From: Cetorhinus maximus | Taxonomy: Eukaryota | Length of the DNA: 64,000 bases | Assembly (NCBI RefSeq): GCF_964194155.1 | Contig: NC_135901.1 | Span: 25,544,001 to 25,608,000 of the forward strand | Direction: 5' to 3' | Shown: positions 34,318 to 47,389 of the stretch, one piece after another | Numbering within the stretch: the stretch's first letter is position 1 | Layout of the letters: each line of letters begins with the position of its first letter | Notes under the pieces: generated by a model | Databases searched by the model: none | What the model saw: only the letters and a program-made list of their open reading frames with translations | What the model was told of the DNA's origin: nothing | Position numbers and translations under genes: made by a program

Positions 34318-35109
34318 TGTTAAACAAACACATGTCACCCTTTGAACTGCCATTTCTTGAGGCGTCCTAGCAATTTCAAAAGCCTAGAATGTTAATAACC
34401 TTATCCTTACAGCTTTAATCTTCCCCAAGCTAAAAATTATCTCTAAAATATTGATATGAATCATGAACAAGATCGTTATGAAAATATTTGCTTCATTGTT
34501 TCAACACTTCAAAATAATGGTTGTTTTCCTATGTGACTGTGTGTGTTTGTTCAATGAAATGTTTGTAAAAGGTAATGGTGGAGAAAGATTGAGAGTTTTT
34601 AGCATAGGACAGAAGTGAAATGGGTCAACAGAGAAGCAACACATTTCCAATTAGAGCAGAAATTGATGACACATACAGAATGACTCTTCCACCTGTAGTT
34701 TCATCACGAGTTCCATTACCATCGTTTTTGCCTTGCATCCTCATCCCCTTTGTTATTTAATCTCTCCCAATCACAAACCTTCTCTTTCGTTATTTCCCCA
34801 TCCTCCCTTTTCTCTGCCTGTGAACTTGTTCTGATGGAAGTTCAGTGTCCGGAACCATTAACTGTTTCTCTCTCCACAGACTCTCAGTCTGACCTGCTCA
34901 GTATTCCCAGCATTTCCTTTGGTCTGACCTGCTCAGTATTCCCAGCATTTCCTTTTTGTGAATAAGACTGAGAGTTGTATGGTCAGTTCCCCTCGGTCTG
35001 GAATGCTTGGCACTGATTTCCTTAGTGCAACGGTCATAATGTTTGCTTTACATGTGAAATTACTGGTTTGATCCTATATGGAAACGTTGTGTTTCAATTG
35101 TGAAGGACA

Positions 35110-35475
35110 GGTGACCAGGTCACTGGACTAATAACCTGGACCTGTGGACACAGGTTCAAATCCCACCATGGCAGTGGGTGGAATTTCAATTCAATTCATC
35201 AATAATTCTGAAATTGAAGACTAGTCTCAGGAATGGTGACCATGAAGCTATCATTGATTGTCATGAAAACCCATCTAATTCTCTAATTTTCTTTTGTAGA
35301 GGAAATCTGCTTTCCTTACTTGGTCTGACCGACATGTGACTCCCGGCCCACCGTGATGGGTTGGCTTTTAAATGCTTTTTAAAATGGCTGATCAAGCCCC
35401 AAAGATCAATGGAAATTAGATTTTGATCATAAATGCTGGTCTTGACAGTGACCCCACATCCCATCAAACAATAGT
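35110..35475 (+). mobile_element. Older tRNA-derived SINE copy
   Basis: B-box GGTTCAAATCC near 35153, the shared core and a LINE-family-2-like tail. Confidence 0.65.
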
Positions 35476-35611
35476 TTAAAAAGTGAGTAACTAACATTTT
35501 GTCCCATTTGTTTTCGAACAGATTGACAGTAACTGTTGCCTTATTCTTTAATAATTTTAATTCTTTAAACAGCTCACATTAAGTGAGAGAAAACTGTTCC
35601 ACAATGACCCA

Positions 35612-36330
35612 AAAATAAAATACTGCAGATGCAGCAATTCTGAATTTAAAACAGATAATGTTGGAAACACTCAGCAGGTCAAACAGCCTCTATGGAGAGG
35701 GCAGCAGCATCAATGTTTAAGGTGAGTGAACCTTATCAAAGCTTGAAGAATTTAAAGATGTAATTGTTCACAATCAAGTACAGAGCCTGGGAAAAGAGCG
35801 GGGAAGAGAAGAAAGAACATTGTTAATGGAAGGTAGCAGTGATTAAATGACAAAGGGGAGGATAATGTCACACAAAATTGTGTGATAATGAGACAAGTAA
35901 ATAAACTAATGGGACAAGTGAACAAATAAAATTCAGATCCAGAGGGAGTATAAATGATAACAGCAGAACCATTACCAGCATCTACTGTCTGAAATAATGG
36001 GAGTGGTGATTATGATCAGTGCAGGAGGCTGAGGACAGAGAGCTCAGACTGGGAATGGGGTGGAGAATTAAAATAGCAAACGGCTGGATGCTCAGGAACA
36101 TGCTTGAAGATTGAATGGCGATGTTCCACAAAGCATCTATCCAATCTTGATTTAGTCACCTTAGTATGGAAGGGGTCACATCATGAGCAGTGAATACATG
36201 ATCCTAAATTGAAAGTAGTACAAATAATTTGCTGTATCACTCAGAAAATGTATTTGTGGCCCTGGAACATGGGAACTGAGGAGGTGAAAAGGTGGTTGCT
36301 GCATCTGCTGTGCTTGTATCAAATGTACTG
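35612..36330 (-). mobile_element. Old, decayed Penelope 3' region
   Basis: Starts with the family terminus AAAATACTGCAGATG...CTCAGCAGGTC and stays loosely colinear with 10323-11280. Confidence 0.6.
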
Positions 36331-36549
36331 GAACGATGCCAGAACTACAACATTATGCCTATCAAGAAAGATTGAACAAGCTAGAGATGTTTTCTCTGCT
36401 AAAGAGAGTGAGAGGTGACCTGATCGAGCTTTTCAGATTATAAAAGTGACAAAGTAGACAAGATGGTTCCAGTTTCAGATGGACGAGAATAAATGTAAGT
36501 TCATCACCAACAAATCTAATGTGCAATTTGGGAGAAAGTTATTTAACAG

Positions 36550-36770
36550 GAAATAAAACCAGAAAATGCTTCAAATCCTCACCATGCAGCAGATTGGGAA
36601 ACATGGTTAACATTTCAGCTCTGTGCACTGACACAGTGCAGCTCTGATGAAAGGTTGAAGACCTGAAATGTAAATTATATTTCCCCTCTGTAGACAATCC
36701 CAGTTCTGCAGAAATTTCCAGAATTCTCTGTTTTTATTTCAGATTTACAACACCTGCAGTATTTTTTTTA
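36550..36770. mobile_element. Degenerate foldback Penelope-terminal element with a hammerhead core
   Basis: CTGATGA (36644-36650)-A-AGGT-TGAAG-ACCT-GAAA (36665-36668)-TGTA lies between inverted family arms. Confidence 0.6.
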
Positions 36771-36804
36771 CTAGGAGAATGTTGAGAATCTGGAATTTAT
36801 CACC

Positions 36805-36945
36805 GGGAGGGTTTGAAATCACCGTCTGAACTGGAAACTCAGGTAAATTCACACCCATGAATAGGTCGTTCACCAGCTGAATGTGGAAATGGATTCACTC
36901 AGTTATCCCATTTACTGACACAGTCACACCGGATAGAGACTTCTC
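36805..36945 (+). pseudogene. Highly decayed ZNF finger remnant
   Basis: CCGTCTGAACTGGAAACTC...GGATTCACTCAGTTATCCC...CAGTCACACCGGATAGAGAC. Confidence 0.55.
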
Positions 36946-36959
36946 GTGTACTACAGCCG

Positions 36960-37195
36960 TGTTTTTTTTATTTGTTTGTCGGATGTGCTAGGCCAGCATT
37001 TATTGCCCATCCCTAATTGCCCTTGTTCAGAGGGCATTTTTTAAAGAGCCAACCACATTGCTGTGGGTCGGTAGTCACATGTAAGCCAGACCAAGTGAGG
37101 ACAGCAGATTTCCTTCCCTAAAGGATATCAGTGAACCAGATGGGTTTTAATGACAAACAACAATGGTTTCATGGTCATCATTAGAGTTTTAATTC
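36960..37195 (-). mobile_element. tRNA-derived SINE 3' part
   Basis: Reverse complement of the SINE core and tail (compare 62160-62300). Confidence 0.75.
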
Positions 37196-37499
37196 AGTTT
37201 GCCCATGTGTTCACACTTCAGTTCAAAGGATTTTATCCACAATGGGTACACTCTTACAGGGAAGGCATGTTTTAAATGTTCTGTATATGGGGGAAAAAAA
37301 TCACTTGTTCACCCCAGGTGCTGAGACTCCAGTGAGTTCACACTTAACCTTAGTGGTTTGTTCTGCTGTGAATTATGCCCAGGACAGAATTATGGGGAAA
37401 GGCCACCTTGTTGTATCAATTAATTTAATAATTTTATATCTTGGCCTCATGGCTGCATCGTCATCAATCACAAATCATAATTTTCTATTCAACAATGTC

Positions 37500-37930
37500 A
37501 TCGTTCAATGGCGCGGATCTTACCCAGCATCCTCGACGATGCAGACTGTGCTCTATACTCACTGCAGGAAACCCTGGCGCAGGCGCAGTGGTGGATTGTG
37601 AATGGAGCATGTGCACCGCGGGTTGGATCTGGCGCACGTGCAGTTTGGGTGCTGGAACTGCAATGAGATGGTCATTTCGTCTCCGCAACCGGTGAATTAC
37701 GGCTGATTATAGGGACGTAACGGAGGCGCCGGATTGGGCGGAGAGGCCTTATAAACACCCAGTGGAGGCCTCGGACCAAGATTAAGAATCTACCAGTCCC
37801 GCATTGAGTCCAGGTAGAGCAACAGCCGCGGGACTGAACCTGACAGGCCTGAGTTAACGGCCGCCATCTTTACAGGGGGCAATGTGCAACAGTGCGCATG
37901 CACGGTCATCCCCGTCCCTGTCAGCAGGAG
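37500..37930 (+). promoter_or_regulatory. CpG-island promoter of unit E
   Basis: ZNF143-like TACCCAGCATCCTCGACG at 37521-37538, GCGCAGGCGCA near 37577, YY1 GCCGCCATCTT at 37860-37870 and TGCGCATGC near 37893. Inverted paralog of 30680-31110. Confidence 0.65.
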
Positions 37931-38339
37931 GAGAGAATGTTGTGCATTTCTATCCTGGACTGACAGGGATGGGTTTTGGAAACTCCTTTTACAGGGGGTT
38001 AGAAGGGAAGGATTTACTTTTAGGTGGTGGAGGTTGAGGGTTTGGGAGGTTTTGTCAAAGTTCTGGTCAGGTTGAAGGTACATAAAATCTTCCTATTTCT
38101 TCTCCCCCTGTCTCCGTCCTCCCATAGAGGCCAGAGTCTTGTGCAGGTCCACACTGTCTGGCAGGTTCCCTTCCCTGAAGAACATTCGTGAACCAGTTGG
38201 GTTTTTACAAGAATCAAACAGCTTTCATGGTCACTTTTTCCTAGTGCTGTCCCCACAAGTTACCAGATACATTCAGCTCAATTTCACAACCTGCCTTTTG
38301 TTTTTGTGGGGTCTCTCTCACTTCCTTTTTCAATTTCAC

Positions 38340-38582
38340 GGAGGATTAGAAGAGAATGATTTGCAGCCAGGAAAGTCTGACATCTCTTACAGATTCACCC
38401 AATTTATCCTAACCTGAATATCGTAGAATTTTGAACATGGAAGAAAAATCAAAATTTACGGCAGGGAGAATTCGTACACGTGTTCTGTGTGTGGGCAAGA
38501 GTTCAGCCAATCATCTAGCCAGTCGAGACTCAAGCACAATCACTGGGCAGAAATTGTATAAGTGTGGTGACTGTGGGAAATG
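38340..38582 (+). pseudogene. Truncated tandem copy of the start of a ZNF exon
   Basis: About 38040-38582 duplicates about 38585-39140. The acceptor is mutated (TTTCACGG) and the first finger is frameshifted. Confidence 0.7.
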
Positions 38583-38991
38583 TCTGGTTTAGTTATAGAA
38601 ATCTAAAATCCCTCTCCTTAGCCACTCCCTCACCCTCTTTCTCTCTCCCTTCCCAAAGAGGACAGTTTCTTGTGTAGGTCTAGACTGGGTGGTAGGATCC
38701 CTTTCCTGAAGGACATTAGTGAATCAGTTGGGTTTTTACGACAATCCAGCAGTTTTCATGATCAGTTTTTCCTAGTGCCGGCCCCACAAATTATCAGATT
38801 TATTCAGCTCCAATTCACGATCTTGTGTTTTTGTGGGTTCTCTCTCACTCCCTTTTTTCTATTTTAAATCACTTTCAGAGGGAATTAGAAGGCGAGGATT
38901 TGCATTCGGGAAACACCAAATAAATATCATATCAGGATCTGACAGAGAGTCGCCCAATTTGTCATAACCTTTATATCATTAGATTTTGAAC

Positions 38992-39860
38992 ATGGAAGGA
39001 AAAAGCACCATTCACAGTGGAGAGAAACCATACATTTGTTCTGTGTGTGGACGGGGCTTCAACCAATCATCTGACCTGTCAGAACATAAATGTTGTCACA
39101 ACAGGGAGAAGCCGTGGAAATGTGGGGAATGTGGGAAGGGATTCAATTATCCAGTTGAACTGGAAACTCATCGTCGCAGTCACACTGGGGAGAGACCATT
39201 CACTTGCTCCAAGTGTGGGAAGGGATTCACTCTGTCATGCAACCTGTTGGCACACCAGCGAGTTCACACTGTTGAGAGACCTTTTAAATGCCTAGACTGC
39301 GGGAAGTGCTATAAAAGTCCCGTGGAACTGATGCGTCATCAACGTGTTCACACTTTGAGAGACCGTTCAGGTGCTCTCACTGCGGCACTGGGTTCAGGCA
39401 ATTATCTGACCTCACCGTGCACGAATGAGTTCACACTGGAGAGAGTCCATTCACCTGCACGGAGTGTGGGAAGGGATTCACTCGGTCATCATGCCTGCTG
39501 ATGCACCAGCGAGTTCACACTGGGGAGAGACCATTCACCTGCCTCAATTGTGGGAAGAGATTCACTAATTCATCCACCCTGCTGAAACACCAGCGAGTTC
39601 ACACTGGGAAGAGGCCATTCACCTGTTCCAAGTGTGGGAAGGGATTCACTCAGTCAACTGACCTGCTGGAGCACCAGCGAGTTCACACTGGGGAGAGACC
39701 GTTCACCTGCTGCAACTGTGGGAAGAGATTCACTCAGTCGTCAACCCTGCTGACACACCAGCGAGTTCACACTGGGGAAAAGCCATTCACCTGCTCTGTG
39801 TGTAAGAAGGGGTTTTCTCACTCATCCACCCTGCTGAGACACCAGCGAGTTCACAAGTAA
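38992..39860 (+). pseudogene. Split C2H2-ZNF gene (unit E): 4 fingers, then a frameshift and a stop, then further fingers
   Basis: ATG at 38992 ([14 protein letters not shown]). A 1-nt deletion near 39355 and a TGA near 39426 in the finger frame. Downstream ORF 39501..39860 has 4 complete fingers. Confidence 0.8.
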
Positions 39861-40094
39861 CTAATCTGATTGGATTTTTCTGTTAATTCATTTGTCCACT
39901 TGGGTCTGTTTCTGATAATGAAATCCAGCCCTGTTACAGTGATTAATATTCTGGACAAAAGTCAGATCAGCTTTTTGTTAAACACACAGTGTGTTGGATC
40001 TCTTTAATATCTCTAATTCATGTTAGTTTATTTTGAAGGGCTCTCCCTTTCCCCAGCCTCCCTCATCCTCACCTCCAAAATGATGAAAGAGCCT

Positions 40095-41540
40095 TGAGTT
40101 CTTTGAGGATGTAATAAGCAGGGTGGATAAAGGGGAACCAGTAAATGTAGTGTGTTTGGATTTCCAAAAGGCCTTCAATGAACTCTCACATTAAAGGTTA
40201 CTGCACGAGATAAGACCTCATGGTGTTGGGGGTAATAGATTAGCATGGATGGAGGACTGGCTAACTAACAGGAAACAGTGATTTGGGATAAATGCGTCAT
40301 TTTCTGGTTGGCAAACTGCAACTAGTGGAGTGCCTCAGGGATCAGAGTTGGGGCCTCACATATTTACAATCTATACAAATGACTTGGCTGAAGGCACCAA
40401 TTGTATTGTCGCTAAATTTGCTAATGATATAAAGATAGGTATGAAAGCAAGTTGTCAGGAGGATACAAAGAGTCTTAAAATGGATAGAGATAGATTAAGT
40501 AAGTAGACAAGAAATTGGCAGATTGTGTATGATGTGGTAAAATGTGAGAATGTCCACTTTGGCAGGAAGAATGAAAAAACAGAATATAATTGAAATAGAG
40601 AGAGACTGCAGAATGCTGCAGCATAGAGGGATCTGGGTGTCCTTGTACATGAGTTACAAAACATCAGCATTCAGGTACTGCAAGTGATTAGGAAGGCAAA
40701 TGGAGTGTTGGCCTTTATTGCAAGGGGGATGGAGTACAAAGGTAGGGAAGTCTTGCTACAACTGTACAGGGCATTGGTGAGACCACACCTGGATTACAGT
40801 GTACAGTTTTGGTCTCCTTACTTAAGGAGGGGATATACTTGCACTGGAAGCAGTTCAGAGAAGGTTCACTCGGCTGATTCCTGGGTTGAAGGTGTTGTCT
40901 TATGAGGAAAGGTTGAGCCTGTATCCATTGGAGTTTAGAAGAATGAGAGGTGATCTTATTGAAACATACAGGATTCTGAGAGGTCTTGACTGAGAAGGGG
41001 AGGTGATGGCATTGCAGTATTGTCACTGGACCAGCAATCCAGGAACCAAGGGTAATGCTCTGGGGACCTGGGTTCAAATCCTGCCAGGGCAGATGGTGGA
41101 ATTTGAATTCAATAAAAATGGAATTAAAAGTCAAATGATCACCATGAAATCATTGTTGATTGTGGTAAAAATCCATCTGGTTCACTCGTGAACAAGGACA
41201 ATTAATGCTGGCCTAGCCAACGATGCCCACACCCAATAAATAAATAAAAAGTTATGTTTCTTCTTGTGGGGGAACTGAGAATTAAGTGACACTGTTTAAA
41301 AGTAAAGGAGTCTTCTATTTAAGATGGAGATGAGGAGGAATATTTTTCGCAGAGAGTGTGGAGGCTGGGTCATTGAATATTCCAAGGCTGAGTTGAACAG
41401 ATTTTTGATCTACAAGGGAATCAAAGGCTAATGGGATTGGGGACAGACAGGAAAGTGGAGTTAAGACCACAATCAGATCAGCCATGATCTTATTAACTGG
41501 TGGTGCAGCCTCAAAGGGCTGAATGGCCTACTCCTGCTCC
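40095..41540 (+). mobile_element. Vertebrate-type CR1 fragment interrupted by a SINE
   Basis: GVPQGSELGP, KFANDIKIG and [18 protein letters not shown] (ORF 40684..40905). The SINE is inserted at about 40997-41250. Confidence 0.85.
40997..41250 (+). mobile_element. tRNA-derived SINE (internally deleted)
   Basis: GGGGAGGTGATGGC head, B-box GGTTCAAATCC at 41071-41081, and an (AAAT)n tail. Confidence 0.75.
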
Positions 41541-42232
41541 TATCTCTTATGATCTAACCTACCTGACCAGTACATTGTTATCTCCCTGCAGTCTCCAGCT
41601 TTCTATTTCACTACCAAGCACACAGCCATTTTTTGTATCATCTGCAAACGTGTTATTCATGTCCCTACATTTAAGCCTGAATGAATGAAATAAACCAGGA
41701 ATGAAGGACCCAGTACTGAGCCCTGTGAAACCCCATTGGAAACAGCCTTCCAATCACAAAAAAACACCCATTGACCATCATTCATCACTTCCTGCCATTG
41801 AGCCTATTTTGGATCCAACTTGTATCTTGCTCTGGGGTCCCATGAGTTTTTTATTTTTCTGCCCAGTCTGCCATGTGGGACCTTGTAGATCTGGAGAGAA
41901 TGTGGGAGAATCCAAAACTAGGGACCAGGAATACAAGATAGTTAATGATAAATCCAATAGGAGAAATGTGTTTACTCAGAGTGGTTAGAAAGTGGAACTC
42001 ACTACCACAGGAAGTGGTTGTGGCAAAAAGCTGAGATAATTTCAGAAGGAAACTAGATGAGTACATGAGAGAAAAAAGAATAGAAAACTAAAGTGAAAGA
42101 GTGAACTGAGGTAGATGGAATGGAATGAGAAGCTTGTGGAGTATAAAGACCAGCAGAGACTAGTTGGGCCAAATGGCCTGTTGCTATTTTGTATATCCTG
42201 TGTAATACTATGTAATTTTTTTTGGTTTACAG

Positions 42233-43149
42233 GGTATTAGGAGGGGAAGACTTACAGATGGGAAACGAAAACCAATTACCAAAATCTGACAGAGTCACTC
42301 GATTCATCAGGGCCTGAATATCATCGGTCTCTGAACATGGAAAGAGAAATGTTTGTCTGTGGGAAAAGATTTCAAACATCAATGTGACCGGAAAAGCACC
42401 GAGACACACACACCTGAGTGTGAGTGTTCCAGTGTTCCGGTACACAGCCTGAAAAGAATCACACCATTCACAGCAAGGAGAAAATGTACACGTGTTCTGT
42501 GTGTGGACGAAGTTTCAGCTGATCTTCCAAGTTGGAGAGACAAAAGGATACCATCACCATGGAGAAACCATGGAAATGTGGGGACTGTGGGAAAGGATTC
42601 AAATACCAATTGTGGCTGGAAACTCAGTGACACATTAACACTAGGGAGAGACCATTCCCCTGCTCCTTGCGTGGGAAGGGATTCACTCGGTCATCCGACC
42701 TTCTGAGACACCAACTCACTCACACTGAGGAGAGGCTGTTCACCTGCTCCATGTGTGGGAAGGGATTCATTAATTCATCAGATCTTCGGACACACCAGAG
42801 AGTTCACACTGGGGAGAGGCCATTCACCTGCTCTGCCTGTGGGAAGGGATTCACTCAGTCAGCCCACCTGCTGGCCCACCAGCGAGTTCACACTGGAGAG
42901 AGGCCATTCACCTGCTCCACCTGTGGGAAGGTATTCTCTCGGTCATCCCACCTCACTGCACACCAAATGGTTCATACAGATAAGCGACCTTTTAAATGTT
43001 CTGACTGTGAGAAGAGCTTTAAATGCAGGTACCAGTTGCTAACACACCAACGTACACACACTGGGGTGAGGTTGTTCACCTTCTCCGAGTTTGGGAAAGG
43101 ATTCACTCATTCATCTCACCTGGTGAGACACCAGCGAGTTCAGAATTGA
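42233..43149 (+). pseudogene. C2H2-ZNF probable pseudogene (unit F)
   Basis: Acceptor tttacAG|GGTATTAG near 42232 and ATG at 42559 (MEKPWKC). Premature TGA at 42628-42630. Four intact fingers plus degenerate ones follow in ORF 42667..43149. Confidence 0.75.
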
Positions 43150-43554
43150 CTGCAGGGGTTGGATTCTGCTGTTGTTAACCACATCCAGGACTGAACCATC
43201 TTCATTCTGAAAGTCCGTGTTTCTTTCTGCTGATGTTAATAATTGAACTGAAGTTTAATATTCTGGTTATATTCAAATAAATCAGCATTGCTTCAAACAT
43301 ATTGTTGTAGATTTTTCTCTTCCCCACCTGAGTGTTTAGCATCATCTGGCTGGAGCTCAGAAAGAACAATCTGTGTGAGGATCATACGGCAGGAACAGAA
43401 CTTCAGCCTGGACACAGTCCAGGAGCACGATGACCATCCACACCTTGTCCCTGTGTTTATTCTCCATCTAGTTATCTGACCTTTTAATCTTGTACAGTTT
43501 ACACTGATCTCCATGGTAACACGGACACTGTATTTCCTTCCCTTGTTTCCAATT

Positions 43555-44510
43555 CCATAAGAGGCCATAAGACATAGGAGCAGAAATTAGGCCATTTGGC
43601 GCATCGGGTCTGCTCCGCCATTCAATCATGGCTGATAAGTTTCTCAACCCCATTCTCCCACCTTTGCCCCGTAACCTTTGATCCCCTTACCAATCAAGAA
43701 CCTATCTATCTCGGTCTTAAATACACGCAATGACCTGGCCTCCACAGCCTTCTGTGGCAATGACTTCCATAGATTCACCACTCTCTGGCTAAAGAAGTTT
43801 CTCCTCATCTCTGTTCCAAAAGGTCTTCCCTTCACTTTGAGGCTGTGCCCTTGGGTCCTAGTCTCTCCTACTAATGGAAACATCTTCCCCACATCCACTC
43901 TATCCAGGCCTTTCAGTGTTCTGTAAGTTTCAAACAAATCCCCCCTCATCCTTCTAAACTCCATCGAGTATAGACCCAGAGTCCTCAAACGTTCCTCATA
44001 TGTTAAGCCTTTCATTCCTGGGATCGTTCTCGTGAACTTCCTCTGGACCCTCTCCAGGGCCAGAACATCCTTCCTGAGGTACGGGGCCCAAAATTGCTCA
44101 CAATATTTTAAATTTGGTCTGACCAGAGCCTTATAAAGCCTCAGCAGCACATCCCTGCTTTTATATTCTAGTCCTCTCGAAATAAATGCCAACATTGCAT
44201 TTGCCTTCCTAACTACTGACTCAACCTGCAAGTTAACCTTAAGAGAATCCTGGACTAGGACTCCCAAGTCCCTTTGCACTCCAGATTTCTGAATTCTCTC
44301 CCCATTTAGAAAATAGTCTATGCCTCTATTCTTCCTACCAAAGTGCATGACCTCACATTTCCCCACGTTGTATTCCATCTGCCACTTCTTTGCCCATTCT
44401 CCTAATCTGTCCAAATCCTTCTGCAGCCTCCCCACCTCCTCAATACTACCTGTCCCTCCACCTATCTTTGTATCATCTGCAAACTTAGCCAGAATGCCCT
44501 CAGTTCCTTC
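43555..44510 (-). mobile_element. Relatively young 5'-truncated CR1 LINE
   Basis: Uninterrupted 263-aa C-terminal ORF2 (43644..44435), preceded by KFADDTKIGG. Confidence 0.92.
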
Positions 44511-44639
44511 ACTAATTCACAATTCGCTAATATAGGATTTGTTTCTCTCAACCTAGAACATTATATGGACCTTCCCAATTAACCCCCCAGACTGATCCTG
44601 TTTAACAATATTTTTAACATGACTTCATCTCCCATTGAA

Positions 44640-46430
44640 CAGATAATATGTGTTGGTTCTCCCTGGAGATGTTGAGATGGGCAGCGCTAACTTCTCCACT
44701 GCCTGTAGCAAGGAGGATGCTGAGGTTTATTGGAGGTTCTGCAGAAACTGGTCATGCGTCTGTCGAGTAGCCATGGGGAGTGGGAACCCGGGATGATGCA
44801 CAATCTGGATTGGGTGACCTGTCATGAGCTGAAATGGGCTGTGACCGAGGAGTGAACAGGAGTGGAGTGAATGGTTATTAAGACACCAGGAAAGACAATG
44901 ACCCAGTCATTGGACTTGACCAGATCATCAGCTCCCTCCATGACAGATTTTTTCAGTGTTGTTTCACCAGTGTGATTAAAGCTGTCGACCATCACACTGG
45001 ACTCTGGGTGGTAGGGGATGTGGGAATGTTGCTCTACACCCACAAGATGACAGAGCTATTGGCATCACTTCTGCTGTGAATTGAGAACCATTCTCACTCT
45101 CTATGGCTTTTCAGAAAGCCCCATCTGGTAAAGATCTGTTCCCACAAGATTTTAGCTATAGTGACTACATTTTTACAGACAGGAAAGCTTCAATCCACCA
45201 GCTAAACATATCTATAACTACCAGGATATACCGGTCCCCTCCTTTACTGTGGGTCCCGAGCCTGTATAAGTTTCCCCGGGTCATAATTCAGATGGGATGT
45301 GCCCGTTGGGACCTTACATTTCGCAGGGCTGGATTCATTTGTGCACAGAGAAGACACAGGTCCAGGTGGTAATGGAGATCCTTGTGCATCCTCAGCCACC
45401 AAGAGTAATTGTGTAACATATCGAGGACTTGAAACAGAGAAGCACTCCCTTAATTTGATTCATAACCTAAATTAATTCCTTTCTAAGCCATGAAGGTGTG
45501 ACTTAAATCAAAATTAGAGCCATCCTCGTGATAGAAAACCTCATCATGTAGGATGAGTGAATCCTTACTTGATGTGAGGGATGAGGGAAAGTCTTTTCCG
45601 TGGTGTGCAGCCTCTTTGACCACAGTCACATCAGGGTCAGAGCACTGACAAGTTTTTAAATCAGGTTTAACTGGAGTCTGTCGTACCGGTGCCAATGATT
45701 GTGTTTTGGGTGGATCCCATGGAATCCCCTCTGGAGCAGTTTTCCTGGTGAGTCAGTCTGCCTGGTTATTACTATTACCCTCTTCGCTAACTCCTGCTGC
45801 TCCTTCACCTTACAAATTGCAATTTGTCCTGGACACTTACCAGAAATATCCCAAATCGTTCGAAGTTTGGAGTGGTGGGTGAGTGGTTTCCTTTCTGCTG
45901 TGGAGAAGCTGTGTTTTTTTTTTTGCCAGAGAGGTAGGTTTTCCCTGAGGGAGTTACAACTAAAGGACAGTTTCAGAATGGTTGGAGATTCCATCAGTAA
46001 CAGTTTGAAGAGCTGTGATCACAATAACCTCAGACTTCTGGGCTAAATATTGTAGTTATATTTAATAAAGGTACTACAGCTATCAGGAACAAAATCACAG
46101 CTCTAGTCTGATACAGTCCTTCTTCATAAAACCGACACTCATCCATATAAACCCTAGTGGAGTTTGACAGTGGTATGGCGTTAAGAGGTCCATTGGACAC
46201 GGACTCTTTCATCTGACAAGCATGTGGTGTTCTTTCATACTGCAACATCCCAGCCAATTGGTATTTGTGAGGTTACAGGATATTAATATCTGTCCTTTGT
46301 AACTCCATAATTCATCTACCCTATCACGCCAGGGATCCCTTACCTTGGCCCTTTCTTAATAATGCCACTGTGGTATATGGGGCGTGTAGAATTATTCAAT
46401 TGAACTCTACCAGATAGTCTGTGTGCTTAA
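44640..46430 (-). mobile_element. Decayed LTR-retroelement pol (RNase H plus integrase), retrovirus-like or Gypsy
   Basis: Manual translation of the - strand gives VYMDECRFYEEG, LPLWQKK..FSTAERKPL, WWLRMHKDL....DLCLLCAQMNP, YILVVIDMFSWWIEAF, IFTRWGF, IESENGSQFT and PYHPESS..VDSFNHT. Confidence 0.75.
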
Positions 46431-46454
46431 TTCTTATTTGAAATCAATATACAT

Positions 46455-46900
46455 GTGGATGTTAGAAATCTGAAATAAAAACAGAAGGTTCTGGAAAAAC
46501 TCAGCAGGTCTGGCAGCAGCTGTGGAGAGAGAAACAAAGTTAATATTTCGCGTACAGTATGACTCTTCAGAACTGAAGAGAGGTAGATATACAATGGGTT
46601 TTATGCTGTTGAAAATGGGAAGAGTCAGGTAGAATAAAAGGGAAGATCAGCGATAGGTTAGAGGGTGGGAGAGATTAACTAACAATGGTGTAATTGAAAT
46701 AAAGGCAAAGGGAGTGGAAATTGTTGTAATAAAAGAAACAAAACAGAGTAAGTTTTAACGTCAGAATAAATGATAAAAGTCCATCCAGTTCAGTTCTGAA
46801 GAAGAATCATATTGGACTCTAAATGTTAACTCTGTTTTCTCTCCAATAATGCTGCCAGACCTGTTGAGTTTTTCCAGTACTTTCTGTTTTTATTTCAGTG
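46455..46900. mobile_element. Penelope 3' remnant with an inverted terminal unit
   Basis: Family terminus on - (46455-46580, core CUGAAGAGUC...CGAAA) and on + (46790-46900). The right half is paralogous to 10010-10295. Confidence 0.75.
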
Positions 46901-47389
46901 AACCTTTTATATCTTCTAAGTACACTGATCTTTCCACATGGTTGAGTGTGTCTAAGAAGAATCCACCTGGAAATCCTTTTCCATTCACCCCTTGCATTAC
47001 TACAGCAGATATACATTGTTCTGACCCTGCCAGCAGGAATTAATTGGATAGATTTTCTAAAAAGTGAGCACAAGTGTGATGAGCTGAATGGTTTCCATCT
47101 GTGACATACCATTCTATAAAACAGTGAAAAAATTCAATATCAGGGACAGAAACGTGAGGAGGGAGGAATCAGTGACCGTGAGATTGAATCCTACAGGGGA
47201 GAAGGGAGAGGGGAACCAATGGGAAAAGCTTTAACATCTCAGCGTATTCCCACAGGAGTGCAGAGATTTAAGTCACTTTGAGAAATCTAACACAGCAGCA
47301 CACAGATTCACAAGATTTTTTATTTGCTTTTTATTAATTTATCTCAAATGGGTAACAAAATTATTTTATATTCTGTATTTCGAATGCCA

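Noticed and set aside
34888-34957. Short direct duplications (about 34 bp here and about 26 bp at 22940-23003)
   Set aside because: These are simple slippage-type duplications with no further structure.
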